A stretch of DNA of 43,281 bases, taken from IMG/VR virus record IMGVR_UViG_3300017645_000047, positions 1 through 43,281 of that record; one strand, 5' to 3'. Positions 35,234 through 43,251 of the stretch are shown in pieces (the first letter of the stretch is position 1; each line of letters starts with the position of its first letter). The notes beneath the pieces are model-generated. The model saw only the letters and a program-made list of their open reading frames with translations, was not told where the DNA came from and did no database searches. The translations under genes were made by a program, and so were the position numbers. Source of the DNA: a virus (Duplodnaviria > Caudoviricetes).

Positions 35234-36883
35234 TCAGAAGTCAGAAGGGCCTTCCCAGGGGAGATCCTCACCGCTCCTGGGTGGTTGCTGGTTGTCGAAG
35301 CCGAAGTCCTCCGCCTCGCTCTCCTTCTCGTAGAGCAGACCGGTGGCTGGGTCGTAGCCAAGGAGGATGACGGTGCCGGTGGCTTGGCCGGTGTAGCGGT
35401 CCTTGAGGACGCGGAAGGTAGTGGTCGCCCTGGCCTCGGGGTCTTCGGACTGCTGGTCGCGCTCCAGGCCGAACATGAAGTACGACCAGAAGCCAATCGC
35501 CCGGCTGCCCTTGAAGTGCTTGATCATCACCCGCCCGCCTTCCTCGTGAGGCTTGCCCTCCGGGGTCGACAGGTGGGAGACGAAGTGGATGATGATGCCC
35601 AGCTCGTTGGCGAGACCGGCCATCTCCTTCATCAGCTGCTCCAGGGACTCCTTCTCGTTGGAGGTGTCGGCCATCGCCGTGAGGTGATCGAGGTAGAAGC
35701 TGCGAATGCCTTTGCTCACCGCCATGTAGCGGATCTTCAGCTTGACCACTCCCCAGTCGGTGGAACCCCAGCTGTCGTAGAAGGTGACCTTGCCCTTGAG
35801 GGACTGCAGGGTTTCCCGCAGCTTGGCTCGATCCCATTCCCCGTTGGGGATGTGGTAGCGGGCTCCGTCGATCTTCCCTGCGATGCGCTTCCCGGTCTCC
35901 ACCGGCTTGGCTTCGAGGTAGATCACACCGACAGGGATCTGCAGCTGGGTGACGTCGTAGGCAATCTGCTGGGTGAACCAGTCGGTCTTGCCCACGCCAG
36001 TACCGGCGCCGAATCCGTAGATCTCGCCATAGCGACGACCGAAGGTGACCTTGGTGAGCGTCGGCAGGAACCACGGGAGGCCCATCTCGATGGGTTTCTC
36101 GATCTCGTCCAGCAGCTCGTCAATGTCGACGATGCCGTCCGGTCGGTACTCCTTGGCGTTCCAGATCGCCTGGATGATCTCTTGTCCGCGGCCTTCGAGA
36201 AGCATCTCGTTGGCGTCCTTCAGCGGCAGCGATGCGATCTTGCACTTGCCCGGAGGGAGCAGCTCAGCGACAGCCTGGGAGGCGTCACGGCCAGGGTCAT
36301 CCATGTCGAACATCAGGATGACCTCCTCGAAGGTGAGCACCCATTCGAGGTTGTCCTTGATGGCCGAGGCAGCAGCCGGTGCCCCTGACGGGAGACTGAC
36401 CACAGGCCACTTGTTGCCCTGGACCTGGGAGACGGACATGCAGTCGATCTCACCCTCGGTGATGATCAGCTTCTTGCCGCCCTCGCCCCACAACTGCTGG
36501 CCGAACAAGGCGACCTTCTTGAAGTCGCCAGTGGTGCGGAACTCCTTGTTGGCACCGCGAACCTTCTGAGCCACCAGGGAGCCGTCCCGGTTGTAGTACG
36601 GGGCGACCTGCACCATGGCTCCGGCCTGGTTGGCGATGAAGTAGCCGAACTTGCGGCAGGTCTCTTCGGTGATCTTGCGTTTGGACAACGCCCGGTACTC
36701 ACCGAAGGGGATCAGCGGTTTATCTGTAGCCACTCGCGTTTTCTCTCTCGGTTCACCCTCCCCGTTGACCTTTCGGTTTTGCCCACACGAGAAGCACCTC
36801 GACCAACCTTTGTCGTTGATCGAGAGTGCGTCGGAGGAACCACAGTCAGAACATGGGAGGTGCGTCTGCACCCACTCGCTCAT
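35234..36883 (-). CDS. Primase/helicase (gp4)
   Basis: Zn finger CxxC..CFSC, TOPRIM TEGEID, Walker A AGTGVGKT, HEEGG. Confidence 0.97.
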   Translation of the reverse strand: MSEWVQTHLPCSDCGSSDALSINDKGWSRCFSCGQNRKVNGEGEPREKTRVATDKPLIPFGEYRALSKRKITEETCRKFGYFIANQAGAMVQVAPYYNRDGSLVAQKVRGANKEFRTTGDFKKVALFGQQLWGEGGKKLIITEGEIDCMSVSQVQGNKWPVVSLPSGAPAAASAIKDNLEWVLTFEEVILMFDMDDPGRDASQAVAELLPPGKCKIASLPLKDANEMLLEGRGQEIIQAIWNAKEYRPDGIVDIDELLDEIEKPIEMGLPWFLPTLTKVTFGRRYGEIYGFGAGTGVGKTDWFTQQIAYDVTQLQIPVGVIYLEAKPVETGKRIAGKIDGARYHIPNGEWDRAKLRETLQSLKGKVTFYDSWGSTDWGVVKLKIRYMAVSKGIRSFYLDHLTAMADTSNEKESLEQLMKEMAGLANELGIIIHFVSHLSTPEGKPHEEGGRVMIKHFKGSRAIGFWSYFMFGLERDQQSEDPEARATTTFRVLKDRYTGQATGTVILLGYDPATGLLYEKESEAEDFGFDNQQPPRSGEDLPWEGPSDF

Positions 36884-37593
36884 GCCGCACGGACCATGCG
36901 GTCTGCGTATTCCAGGGCTTCACGCGGGTACACGTTGGTGTAGGAGTCGTGGGCGACGCCGAAGCGGTCGGTGAAGGACATCTCACGGCGTGTGATGGGG
37001 AGGCCGCGCTCGATGCAGTAGGTCTTGGCGACGTTGCTCAGGCGGTTCTTCTCGCTCTGGCCACGGCAGTACCGGCCAGTCTCGATTTCCCACTCGCGGA
37101 CACTGAGGTGATCGACCTTATGTTGCAGGGCATCGCGCTCTTCAGTCAGGCGGTCGACCTTGGTCTTCAGGATCTCCATCGCACGGAGGACAAAGAGAGT
37201 TTCGTCCAGCTCACCGGTAGCGACCTTCTCCTCGCCCATGATGTAGGCGCCATCCTTGCGGATAGCCGGGAGGACATCGCGGGTCACCCAGTCTTGGAAG
37301 CGACGGGCCTCGGGCTTGTCCGAGCGCATGATGAGTTTGTAGAGGCCGGACTCGGCTACAGCCCGCGCGTTGCCCATACCTTTACCCGGCAGCTTTACCC
37401 CCAGTTTTGAGATGGGGGTAACCTCATCGTCAGCCAGACCTTTGAGGTGATGACCGAAGCCTCCCATCGGGTGCTCGGCCAGATTGAGTGCCCGGCACAC
37501 ATCGACGGCAACGAACCAGGGCGCTTCGTTGACGCTCAGTACACGGATCTCGGCCTTGTTCTCGAACTTGTAGATGCTTACTTGGTTGGTCAT
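36880..37593 (-). CDS. BRO-N domain protein (antirepressor-like)
   Basis: PWFVAVDVCRAL...ESGLYKLIMRSDKPEARRFQDWVTRDVLPAIRKDGAY. Confidence 0.9.
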   Translation of the reverse strand: MTNQVSIYKFENKAEIRVLSVNEAPWFVAVDVCRALNLAEHPMGGFGHHLKGLADDEVTPISKLGVKLPGKGMGNARAVAESGLYKLIMRSDKPEARRFQDWVTRDVLPAIRKDGAYIMGEEKVATGELDETLFVLRAMEILKTKVDRLTEERDALQHKVDHLSVREWEIETGRYCRGQSEKNRLSNVAKTYCIERGLPITRREMSFTDRFGVAHDSYTNVYPREALEYADRMVRAA

Positions 37594-37611
37594 TTCATGT
37601 TTCCTTCGGGC

Positions 37612-37638
37612 AACAAAAAGCCCTCACGAGGAGGGCTT
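37612..37638 (-). terminator. Putative intrinsic terminator upstream of the BRO gene
   Basis: Minus strand AAGCCCTC-CTCGT-GAGGGCTT-TTTGTT. Confidence 0.7.
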
Positions 37639-37663
37639 GGGGGATTCATCAGGTTGTTGGTGA

Positions 37664-37864
37664 TCAGGCGCCGAGCAGTTCCTTGATCTTGTTGCTGACG
37701 GCGCGAGCCTTCTCGGCCTCGGTCAGCAGGATTCCTTGGCGCTCCTGCAGGGCATCGATCTGCTCACCGTGCAGTGCAGCGGTGCGGTGGTTCTCCGCGA
37801 TCAGCTGTTCGAGCTGGTCCAGGGTGCGGGTGAAGGACTTGAGGATCTTGTTCAGTTGAACCAT
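37664..37864 (-). CDS. Small coiled-coil hypothetical protein
   Basis: 66 aa with AAGGAG RBS. Confidence 0.7.
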   Translation of the reverse strand: MVQLNKILKSFTRTLDQLEQLIAENHRTAALHGEQIDALQERQGILLTEAEKARAVSNKIKELLGA

Positions 37865-37874
37865 GGGTTTCTCC

Positions 37875-38051
37875 TTAGAAGTAGCCGAGGATGCCGCCCA
37901 GCGGGGCGATGAAGATGCCGCAGACGCGGGCGATGAACAGGCCGACGCTGTCGTGATGGGTGATCAGGGAGTACACGTTCATGCCCCAGCCGATGACCAG
38001 GGCGATGAGCACAGCTAGCCATGCAGTGCCGAGGCTGTAGACGAACTTCAT
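37875..38051 (-). CDS. Small two-TM membrane protein (58 aa), not in the ORF track
   Basis: MKFVYSLGTAWLAVLIALVIGWGMNVYSL...ARVCGIFIAPLGGILGYF; ATGA overlap. Confidence 0.7.
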   Translation of the reverse strand: MKFVYSLGTAWLAVLIALVIGWGMNVYSLITHHDSVGLFIARVCGIFIAPLGGILGYF

Positions 38052-38284
38052 TTGCTGTTCTTCTCCAGGGAGTAGCGGGCGTAGCGCTGGCCGGTCAGCT
38101 TGTTGAACTCGGTGACGGACTTGATCTTGTAGCCGCGCTCCTTGAGGTCACGGATGCGGCGCGGCAGGGCCATGACGCCGAAGTCCATCAAGGCGGAACG
38201 CTGGGTCAGGGTGCCGCCAGCCTTCAGGTGGTTGAGCAGCAGGGTGCATTGCGGGGACAGAGCGCGGATCTGAGTGATGGTCAT
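38048..38284 (-). CDS. Small winged helix-turn-helix protein
   Basis: LLNHLKAGGTLTQRSALMDFGVMALPRRIRDLKERGYKI...YARYSL. Confidence 0.8.
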   Translation of the reverse strand: MTITQIRALSPQCTLLLNHLKAGGTLTQRSALMDFGVMALPRRIRDLKERGYKIKSVTEFNKLTGQRYARYSLEKNSK

Positions 38285-38355
38285 AGGGGTTCTCACAGTT
38301 GTCGTGGGTCTATAAAGACAAACCCCCAGCCGTAGCCAGGGGTTCGTGTGTGTCT

Positions 38356-38373
38356 TCGATAGTGCGACCTAAT
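38356..38373 (-). promoter_or_regulatory. Phage RNAP promoter
   Basis: ATTAGGTCGCACTATCGA. Confidence 0.8.
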
Positions 38374-38376
38374 TGG

Positions 38377-38874
38377 TCAGAGGTACTGGACGTAGCCGCG
38401 AGTTGGCTGCTGCAGCTTCACCTTGTCGAACCAGTCGCGGACCTCGAAGCACGGGCAGTCCTTCGGCGGGGCGCCGGTCTTGCGGATCAGGTCGCGGTGA
38501 CCGCCGATGGTCTTGATGTCGGGGAATCGCTCCAGAAGGGTAAGGACGACCTCCTCCATGGACTTGAACTGGGCCTCGGTGAAGTTGTTCTCGGCCTTGC
38601 CGTTGGCATCTACGCCACCGACGACGCAGACGCCGATGGATCGCTTGTTCCAACCAGGGCCGCAGTCACCGACGTGGGCGCCGGGAGTGTCCAGGGGACG
38701 GCAGCGGTTGCCCTTCTCCTGGGATTCGATGGTGCCGTCACGGCGGATGATGATGTGGTAGCCACAGCCGAGCCAGCCACGGGCGCGGTGCCATTTGTCG
38801 ATCTCGACTGCGCCAATGTCGGCCTTCGCCTGGGTGGCGCTGCAGTGGATGATGATGTGGTCTATTTCACGCAT
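38377..38874 (-). CDS. N-acetylmuramoyl-L-alanine amidase (T7 lysozyme gp3.5)
   Basis: IIIHCSAT, GWLGCGYH, GHRDL, KDCPCF. Confidence 0.95.
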   Translation of the reverse strand: MREIDHIIIHCSATQAKADIGAVEIDKWHRARGWLGCGYHIIIRRDGTIESQEKGNRCRPLDTPGAHVGDCGPGWNKRSIGVCVVGGVDANGKAENNFTEAQFKSMEEVVLTLLERFPDIKTIGGHRDLIRKTGAPPKDCPCFEVRDWFDKVKLQQPTRGYVQYL

Positions 38875-39320
38875 AGGGTTTTCTTTGCCTGTTCAATGGC
38901 AGCAAGTCGTTCGGGTTGTGCTGGTTCTTCGAGCCACTCCTGAGGAATCCACCGGTCAGCGAACTGGAAGCCGTACTTCTGGCACCACATCGCGTAGGTG
39001 GTCTTGCTGTTCTTAGAGATTCGGGAACGTGAGTTGGAGAACACGAACCTGATGTCCAGGCCTGGGTGTTGCTCCTTGATGATGATGTGTTTCTGCCGAT
39101 CTTCGACGACGAACCTGCCCTTGGTTTCAACGATGATTCCGTTGGGCAAGATCCAGTCGGGGGTGTACTTCGCTGGGCGGGCGGGCTTGATGTAGTGGAT
39201 CTTCTCGGTTTCGTAGTGGAAGTCCACGCCAGCCTTGTCTAACTGCGAGGCTATCTGCTCCTCCAGACCGGAGCGGAACCCGAGTCGTAGCCCGTGGTCC
39301 CGCAGCGGTGCCTTCGCCAT
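38862..39320 (-). CDS. Endonuclease I / Holliday junction resolvase (gp3)
   Basis: FRSGLEE, YTPDW, IVETKGRF, LDIRFVF. Confidence 0.96.
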   Translation of the reverse strand: MAKAPLRDHGLRLGFRSGLEEQIASQLDKAGVDFHYETEKIHYIKPARPAKYTPDWILPNGIIVETKGRFVVEDRQKHIIIKEQHPGLDIRFVFSNSRSRISKNSKTTYAMWCQKYGFQFADRWIPQEWLEEPAQPERLAAIEQAKKTLCVK

Positions 39321-39323
39321 GGG

Positions 39324-40019
39324 TTAGAAGTCACCTCCATTGTCGTCGCCCCCGGTGGCATCACCGGAGTAGCCGTCTTCTTCGCCGAAGCCAGCATCAC
39401 CAGCGGCGTCGTCGCCCTCGTAGCCTTCTTCCTCGCCGAAGCCATAGCCGCTGGCATCGCCACCCTGACCACCAGCGCGCAGCTCGATGATCTGGACAGC
39501 CTTCAGACGGAGGCTGATACCGGCGGTGCGGGCCGAGTCGACGCAGTACGGGATGACCTCGAAGGAGATCTTGATGCGGCTGCCACCCCAGATGGCTTCC
39601 GGGGTTACCGGCTTGCCCTTGGCGTCGAACAGCGCTGGCTTCTGGGTGAAGGCTTTGCCATCACGGGTGGTGCCCTCGGCGTTCAGCTTGAACTTCGGGA
39701 TCAGGTCACCGTTGTCCTCGTCGATGCGGTACGGGGCATCGCCCTCGGTGATGACGATGGGCTTGCCCTTCTTGTCCTTCTTGCCCTGGTACTCACTGGC
39801 CTTGGCCTCGAAGGCCTCAGCGTTCTTCTCGTCGAGGAACTGCTGCAGGGAGCCGAGGCACTTGCCTTTGACGTCGAAGATCTTGGAGTCAGCCGGGAGG
39901 CGCAGCTCGGTCTTGTACGCCTTGGTGCCCTTGAACTCATCCGGCTCCACCAGCTTCGGCCAGATGGCAATGCCGGTTTCGGTGATGAAGCGCGGAGCGC
40001 GGGTCTTGGTGTTGCTCAT
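39324..40019 (-). CDS. Single-stranded DNA-binding protein (gp2.5)
   Basis: IWGGSRIKI, SLRLKAVQIIEL, acidic tail ending in F. Confidence 0.93.
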   Translation of the reverse strand: MSNTKTRAPRFITETGIAIWPKLVEPDEFKGTKAYKTELRLPADSKIFDVKGKCLGSLQQFLDEKNAEAFEAKASEYQGKKDKKGKPIVITEGDAPYRIDEDNGDLIPKFKLNAEGTTRDGKAFTQKPALFDAKGKPVTPEAIWGGSRIKISFEVIPYCVDSARTAGISLRLKAVQIIELRAGGQGGDASGYGFGEEEGYEGDDAAGDAGFGEEDGYSGDATGGDDNGGDF

Positions 40020-40063
40020 GTATTCCTCACAGTTGTCGTGGGTAGGTGATTCGGTTGGGGGTT

Positions 40064-40213
40064 TCAGTAGGAAGGGTCAGCGAGGTGCTTCTCTTCCAGG
40101 GCTTCAACGTCGTAGCCCTCGGCCAGGAGTTCAGCGAAGAGGTCCAGGGGAATCGGGAGTCCTTCGCTCCAGTAGGTCAGGGCCTGTTGAAGTGCGGCGG
40201 ATTCGTAGTCCAT
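40064..40213 (-). CDS. Small acidic hypothetical protein (49 aa), not in the ORF track
   Basis: MDYESAALQQALTYWSEGLPIPLDLFAELLAEGYDVEALEEKHLADPSY. Confidence 0.6.
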   Translation of the reverse strand: MDYESAALQQALTYWSEGLPIPLDLFAELLAEGYDVEALEEKHLADPSY

Positions 40214-40263
40214 GAGTGCGTCCTAATCGGTTGGTGGGTGGTTCTTCACGAGTGCGTCCTAAT
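40210..40263 (-). promoter_or_regulatory. Twin phage RNAP promoters (phi1.1A/B-like)
   Basis: ATTAGGACGCACTCGTGA (40246-40263) and ATTAGGACGCACTCATGG (40210-40227). Confidence 0.87.
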
Positions 40264-40332
40264 TGCCGAACCCCCGGATTTCCTGGCTTCCAGGGGTTCG
40301 CCTCCTCACGATCTATCCACTAGTGGAATCAT

Positions 40333-42858
40333 TCAGGCAAAGAAAAACGCTGACTCTTTCACCAGAGCCAGATCCAGGGTGCCTTTGCTTGGGAGTGGAT
40401 CGAGGACTGTGCCTTCAGGCAGTTGATCCTCCAGTTCTCTTTTGAATCTCTCCAATACATCCACCAGTGTATACATCTGGACAAACTCATCCCGTAGGAA
40501 CTGTGCCAATGCCCAGGAGTTGCCAGCGTGTGTGCCGTAGCTGTCGTGGATCAGGGAGAAGGATCGGATGCCCTCCTCCCAGGCCCGACGCACCGTGGCC
40601 CTCATGTGGCTGCCGTCCAGGGAGTGAATCCAGTTCGGGCTGATGCCGTTGGCTTGCTTACTCTTGTCCAGCTCAGTGGTTGGCTCCAGGGCGACGGTGA
40701 GGTCGATCCGCTGACCGCCGAACGTGAGCTTGGCGCGCTTCGACTTCATCTTCGGGTACGCCTGGAGCACGGTGAGACCATCCGGGGTTTCCCAGCGGAC
40801 AGGCAGACCTTCCGAGGCGGCTGCACGAGCGGCCTTCTGGAGCCAGTCCATGGCTGCTCGGGCGGCGATCACCACCTGACCTACGCATTCCCATATCAGC
40901 TTGCCCATGTAGCTGGCAGCGTCCCAGCCGGAGCCTTCCCAGGGGAAGTCCGGCCCAGCCTCGAACTTGTAGGGCTGGACGGTATCCTCGAACACCTGGG
41001 TCTTGAAGCCGAACTCCTTGGCGCCATAGGCCAGGGTCATCACCGGGCGCTTGCAGACCTTGCGGTTGATGCCGTGCTTGAGCCAGCCACGGGCGATCCG
41101 GGCGACATCCTCGTCGTTGCTCTGCGCGTCCTCCTCCACGCGGATGAGCACCTTGTCGGCCACCTTCTGGTAGATGTCAGCGGGCAGATCCTGGGGAACG
41201 AGGTTCACCGCCTCCCCGCCCACGGCATCACGCAGCATGGCCGAGAAGTTCTGCAGCCCGTTGCAGCTGCCGTCCATCGCCACCGGGATCGACGACAGGT
41301 AGCCGAAGCCCTCGCGCTTGAAGGCAGCCCAGTCGATGCAGAAGGCCAGGAACTGGAAGGGCTTGTCCGCGTCGGCCCACAGCTTGTTGCTGTAGGGGTC
41401 GGCGGCACAGGCCAGGATCTCAGCCTCGCGGTCCTGTACCCACTGCACGCGGGCCTCCAGGGACACCTTGTCGTAGCCGTAGCAGTTGGCCCCATGGATG
41501 GCCAGCCAGTCGGCACCTTCCTGGTCCTCGATAGCAACCGCGTTGGCGAAGCACAGGAGGCCTTTCGCCACGTCGCTACCCTGAGGGTTCAGGAACATCG
41601 GAACGGCGTAGCAGCGGCCACGGAAGTCGAACTGGTGGGGGAAGTAGATCTCCTCCTCGTGCTCGAACATCTCGGCCACCATCAGCACCTTGGCGAACTG
41701 CAGACGCAGGGACTTCAGCTTGGCGTTGGCGGTGTAGGTGTCAGTCGCCGAGCGCTTCCACTGCTTGAACTGCTTCACCTGCTCCTCGGTCCACTCCTCC
41801 TTCGGGATCTCCAGCTCAAGGAAGGACGGCTTCGGAGGCAGCGGGTGGTCGTCAGCGGACGGAATGCCGCCCAGGTTGGAGCCGGAGTTCCACAGGGTAC
41901 GGACAACCTCCAGCACCTCGTTGTTGATCGTCCAGGCGGTGTGCTGCATGGCGTTGATCGCATCGTAGACCAGGGGCATGTCCCGCTCGCCCAGCTCTTC
42001 GAGGTACTGCCGGGAGAAGGTCTTCACCAGGGACAGCCGACGGACACGCGGAGTCCAGTAGCCGCCCTGGAAGGGGCTGGTCCACGGACGCGGTGGGATG
42101 ATGGTCGGCAGGTAAACAGGCGACAGGGCTTGGCAACGGTTGTTCTCGTTGTTGATCCAGTCGACGGTCTCCTTGGTGGCCTGGATGCGTACCTCGGTCT
42201 TGTGAACGTCCACGTCCACATTGACCTTCTCTATCAGGCCGGTGGCTTCCATCATGATTTCGATGAGCTTGGTGCCCACGGCCAGCTGGTCGCGGACAGG
42301 CCACTCCTCCCAGGGAATGTTGCGGGCACGCATGTTGTGCAGCATGACGAAGCGCTGACGGCGGTAGCTGGAGGCATCGACCTCCTTCTCACGCTTCACC
42401 AGCATCTCGAAGGTGCGCTTGTCGGCCTTGGCGAACTCGCGGAAGGCCAGCTCGTCCTCGATCAAGGAAGAGACTCGACGAGCCAGGGGAACCAGCAGAT
42501 CGCCCTTGGCTACCCCATCGAGGACCACACGGGCGGTGATCAGGGCTGCGACTTCCGGTTCGATCTTCTTGAGGTAGTGGTAGGCGCTGTGCTTCTTGCC
42601 AGCCTTGCCGGATTCACACTCAGCCAGGAAGGCCTCCACCCCTGCGGTGATCTGACCAATGGAGTGGTTCATGAGGCGACGGACGGTACGTTCGCTCGTC
42701 TCCCTTCCATCCTTCCGTGCTTCGTCGACTTTGGACCAGAAGCGGTCCACTCCCATCCCCCGCATCTTCTCTTCCAGCTCAGCTTGTCGATTGTACTTTT
42801 CGGTCCAGGCCTCGTTGTTCTCGATCTCTTTGATGATGGTGTCGGTGATGGTGGTCAT
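40333..42858 (-). CDS. Single-subunit DNA-directed RNA polymerase (gp1)
   Basis: DFRGRCY, DGSCNGLQ, KRPVMTLAYG, IHDSYGT, C-terminal FFFA. Confidence 0.98.
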   Translation of the reverse strand: MTTITDTIIKEIENNEAWTEKYNRQAELEEKMRGMGVDRFWSKVDEARKDGRETSERTVRRLMNHSIGQITAGVEAFLAECESGKAGKKHSAYHYLKKIEPEVAALITARVVLDGVAKGDLLVPLARRVSSLIEDELAFREFAKADKRTFEMLVKREKEVDASSYRRQRFVMLHNMRARNIPWEEWPVRDQLAVGTKLIEIMMEATGLIEKVNVDVDVHKTEVRIQATKETVDWINNENNRCQALSPVYLPTIIPPRPWTSPFQGGYWTPRVRRLSLVKTFSRQYLEELGERDMPLVYDAINAMQHTAWTINNEVLEVVRTLWNSGSNLGGIPSADDHPLPPKPSFLELEIPKEEWTEEQVKQFKQWKRSATDTYTANAKLKSLRLQFAKVLMVAEMFEHEEEIYFPHQFDFRGRCYAVPMFLNPQGSDVAKGLLCFANAVAIEDQEGADWLAIHGANCYGYDKVSLEARVQWVQDREAEILACAADPYSNKLWADADKPFQFLAFCIDWAAFKREGFGYLSSIPVAMDGSCNGLQNFSAMLRDAVGGEAVNLVPQDLPADIYQKVADKVLIRVEEDAQSNDEDVARIARGWLKHGINRKVCKRPVMTLAYGAKEFGFKTQVFEDTVQPYKFEAGPDFPWEGSGWDAASYMGKLIWECVGQVVIAARAAMDWLQKAARAAASEGLPVRWETPDGLTVLQAYPKMKSKRAKLTFGGQRIDLTVALEPTTELDKSKQANGISPNWIHSLDGSHMRATVRRAWEEGIRSFSLIHDSYGTHAGNSWALAQFLRDEFVQMYTLVDVLERFKRELEDQLPEGTVLDPLPSKGTLDLALVKESAFFFA

Positions 42859-42922
42859 CGTCTTTGAGTCTCTCGTTTGGTTGGTTCGTTAAGGGACCGG
42901 GCAGAGGGAATCCCCCCGTGGT

Positions 42923-42940
42923 CCATGAGTGCGTCCTAAT
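42923..42940 (-). promoter_or_regulatory. Phage RNAP promoter upstream of the RNAP gene
   Basis: ATTAGGACGCACTCATGG. Confidence 0.85.
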
Positions 42941-43049
42941 CGGAAACGCGATGGAAACCGGGCGTCGGTTGAGGTGGTTTTTGGTGTCGAGGGTTAAGCC
43001 AACGGGGTCTGAAACCCCTGCGCGCCACGTTGCGTGGCACTGGTGGCAG

Positions 43050-43079
43050 ATTTTACCAAAGATCTATCCACTTATGGAT
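43050..43079 (-). promoter_or_regulatory. Putative extended -10 host promoter for RNAP with an operator
   Basis: TGGTAAAAT (43058-43050); operator ATCCACTTATGGAT (43066-43079) over the -35 region. Confidence 0.6.
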
Positions 43080-43089
43080 AGTTGAAGGC

Positions 43090-43122
43090 AAAAAAAAACC
43101 CCCGCCAATCGGCGAGGGCTTC
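43090..43122 (-). terminator. Intrinsic terminator at the right prophage boundary
   Basis: Minus strand AAGCCCTCGCCGATTGGCGGGGG followed by a T9 run. Confidence 0.85.
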
Positions 43123-43158
43123 GTTTTTCATTGCACTGGTGTATCGGTGACAACTCCC

Positions 43159-43199
43159 GAACCTAAATCCGGCGTGTCTACCAATTTCACCACGTCCGC
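43159..43199 (-). pseudogene. 5' half of the interrupted host tRNA-Leu(UAG) including the right att core (43159-43170)
   Basis: Minus strand GCGGACGTGGTGAAATTGGTAGACACGCCGGATTTAGGTTC, then non-tRNA phage sequence. Confidence 0.93.
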
Positions 43200-43251
43200 A
43201 GGGAACCGCAGAAACGAAAACGCCAGGCTCGGGGCCTGGCGCTTCGGAATA

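Larger units (their letters stand above)
112..43170 (-). mobile_element. Complete T7-like (Autographiviridae-type) temperate prophage integrated in host tRNA-Leu(UAG)
   Basis: Bounded by a 12-bp direct repeat GAACCTAAATCC (112-123, 43159-43170); contains integrase, repressor, single-subunit RNAP and T7-syntenic replication, structural and packaging genes. Confidence 0.96.

Noticed and set aside
40528-42867. 779-aa plus-strand ORF, and similar long ORFs at 12791-14677, 14873-16288, 28777-30204, 34052-35182, 35225-36388 and 21899-22882
   Set aside because: Antisense shadows of well-supported minus-strand genes, expected from GC-rich codon bias; no RBS or recognisable motifs
43219-43244. Inverted repeat CGCCAGGC..GCCTGGCG between host tRNAs
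   Set aside because: Outside the att core; ordinary host tRNA-operon spacer hairpin
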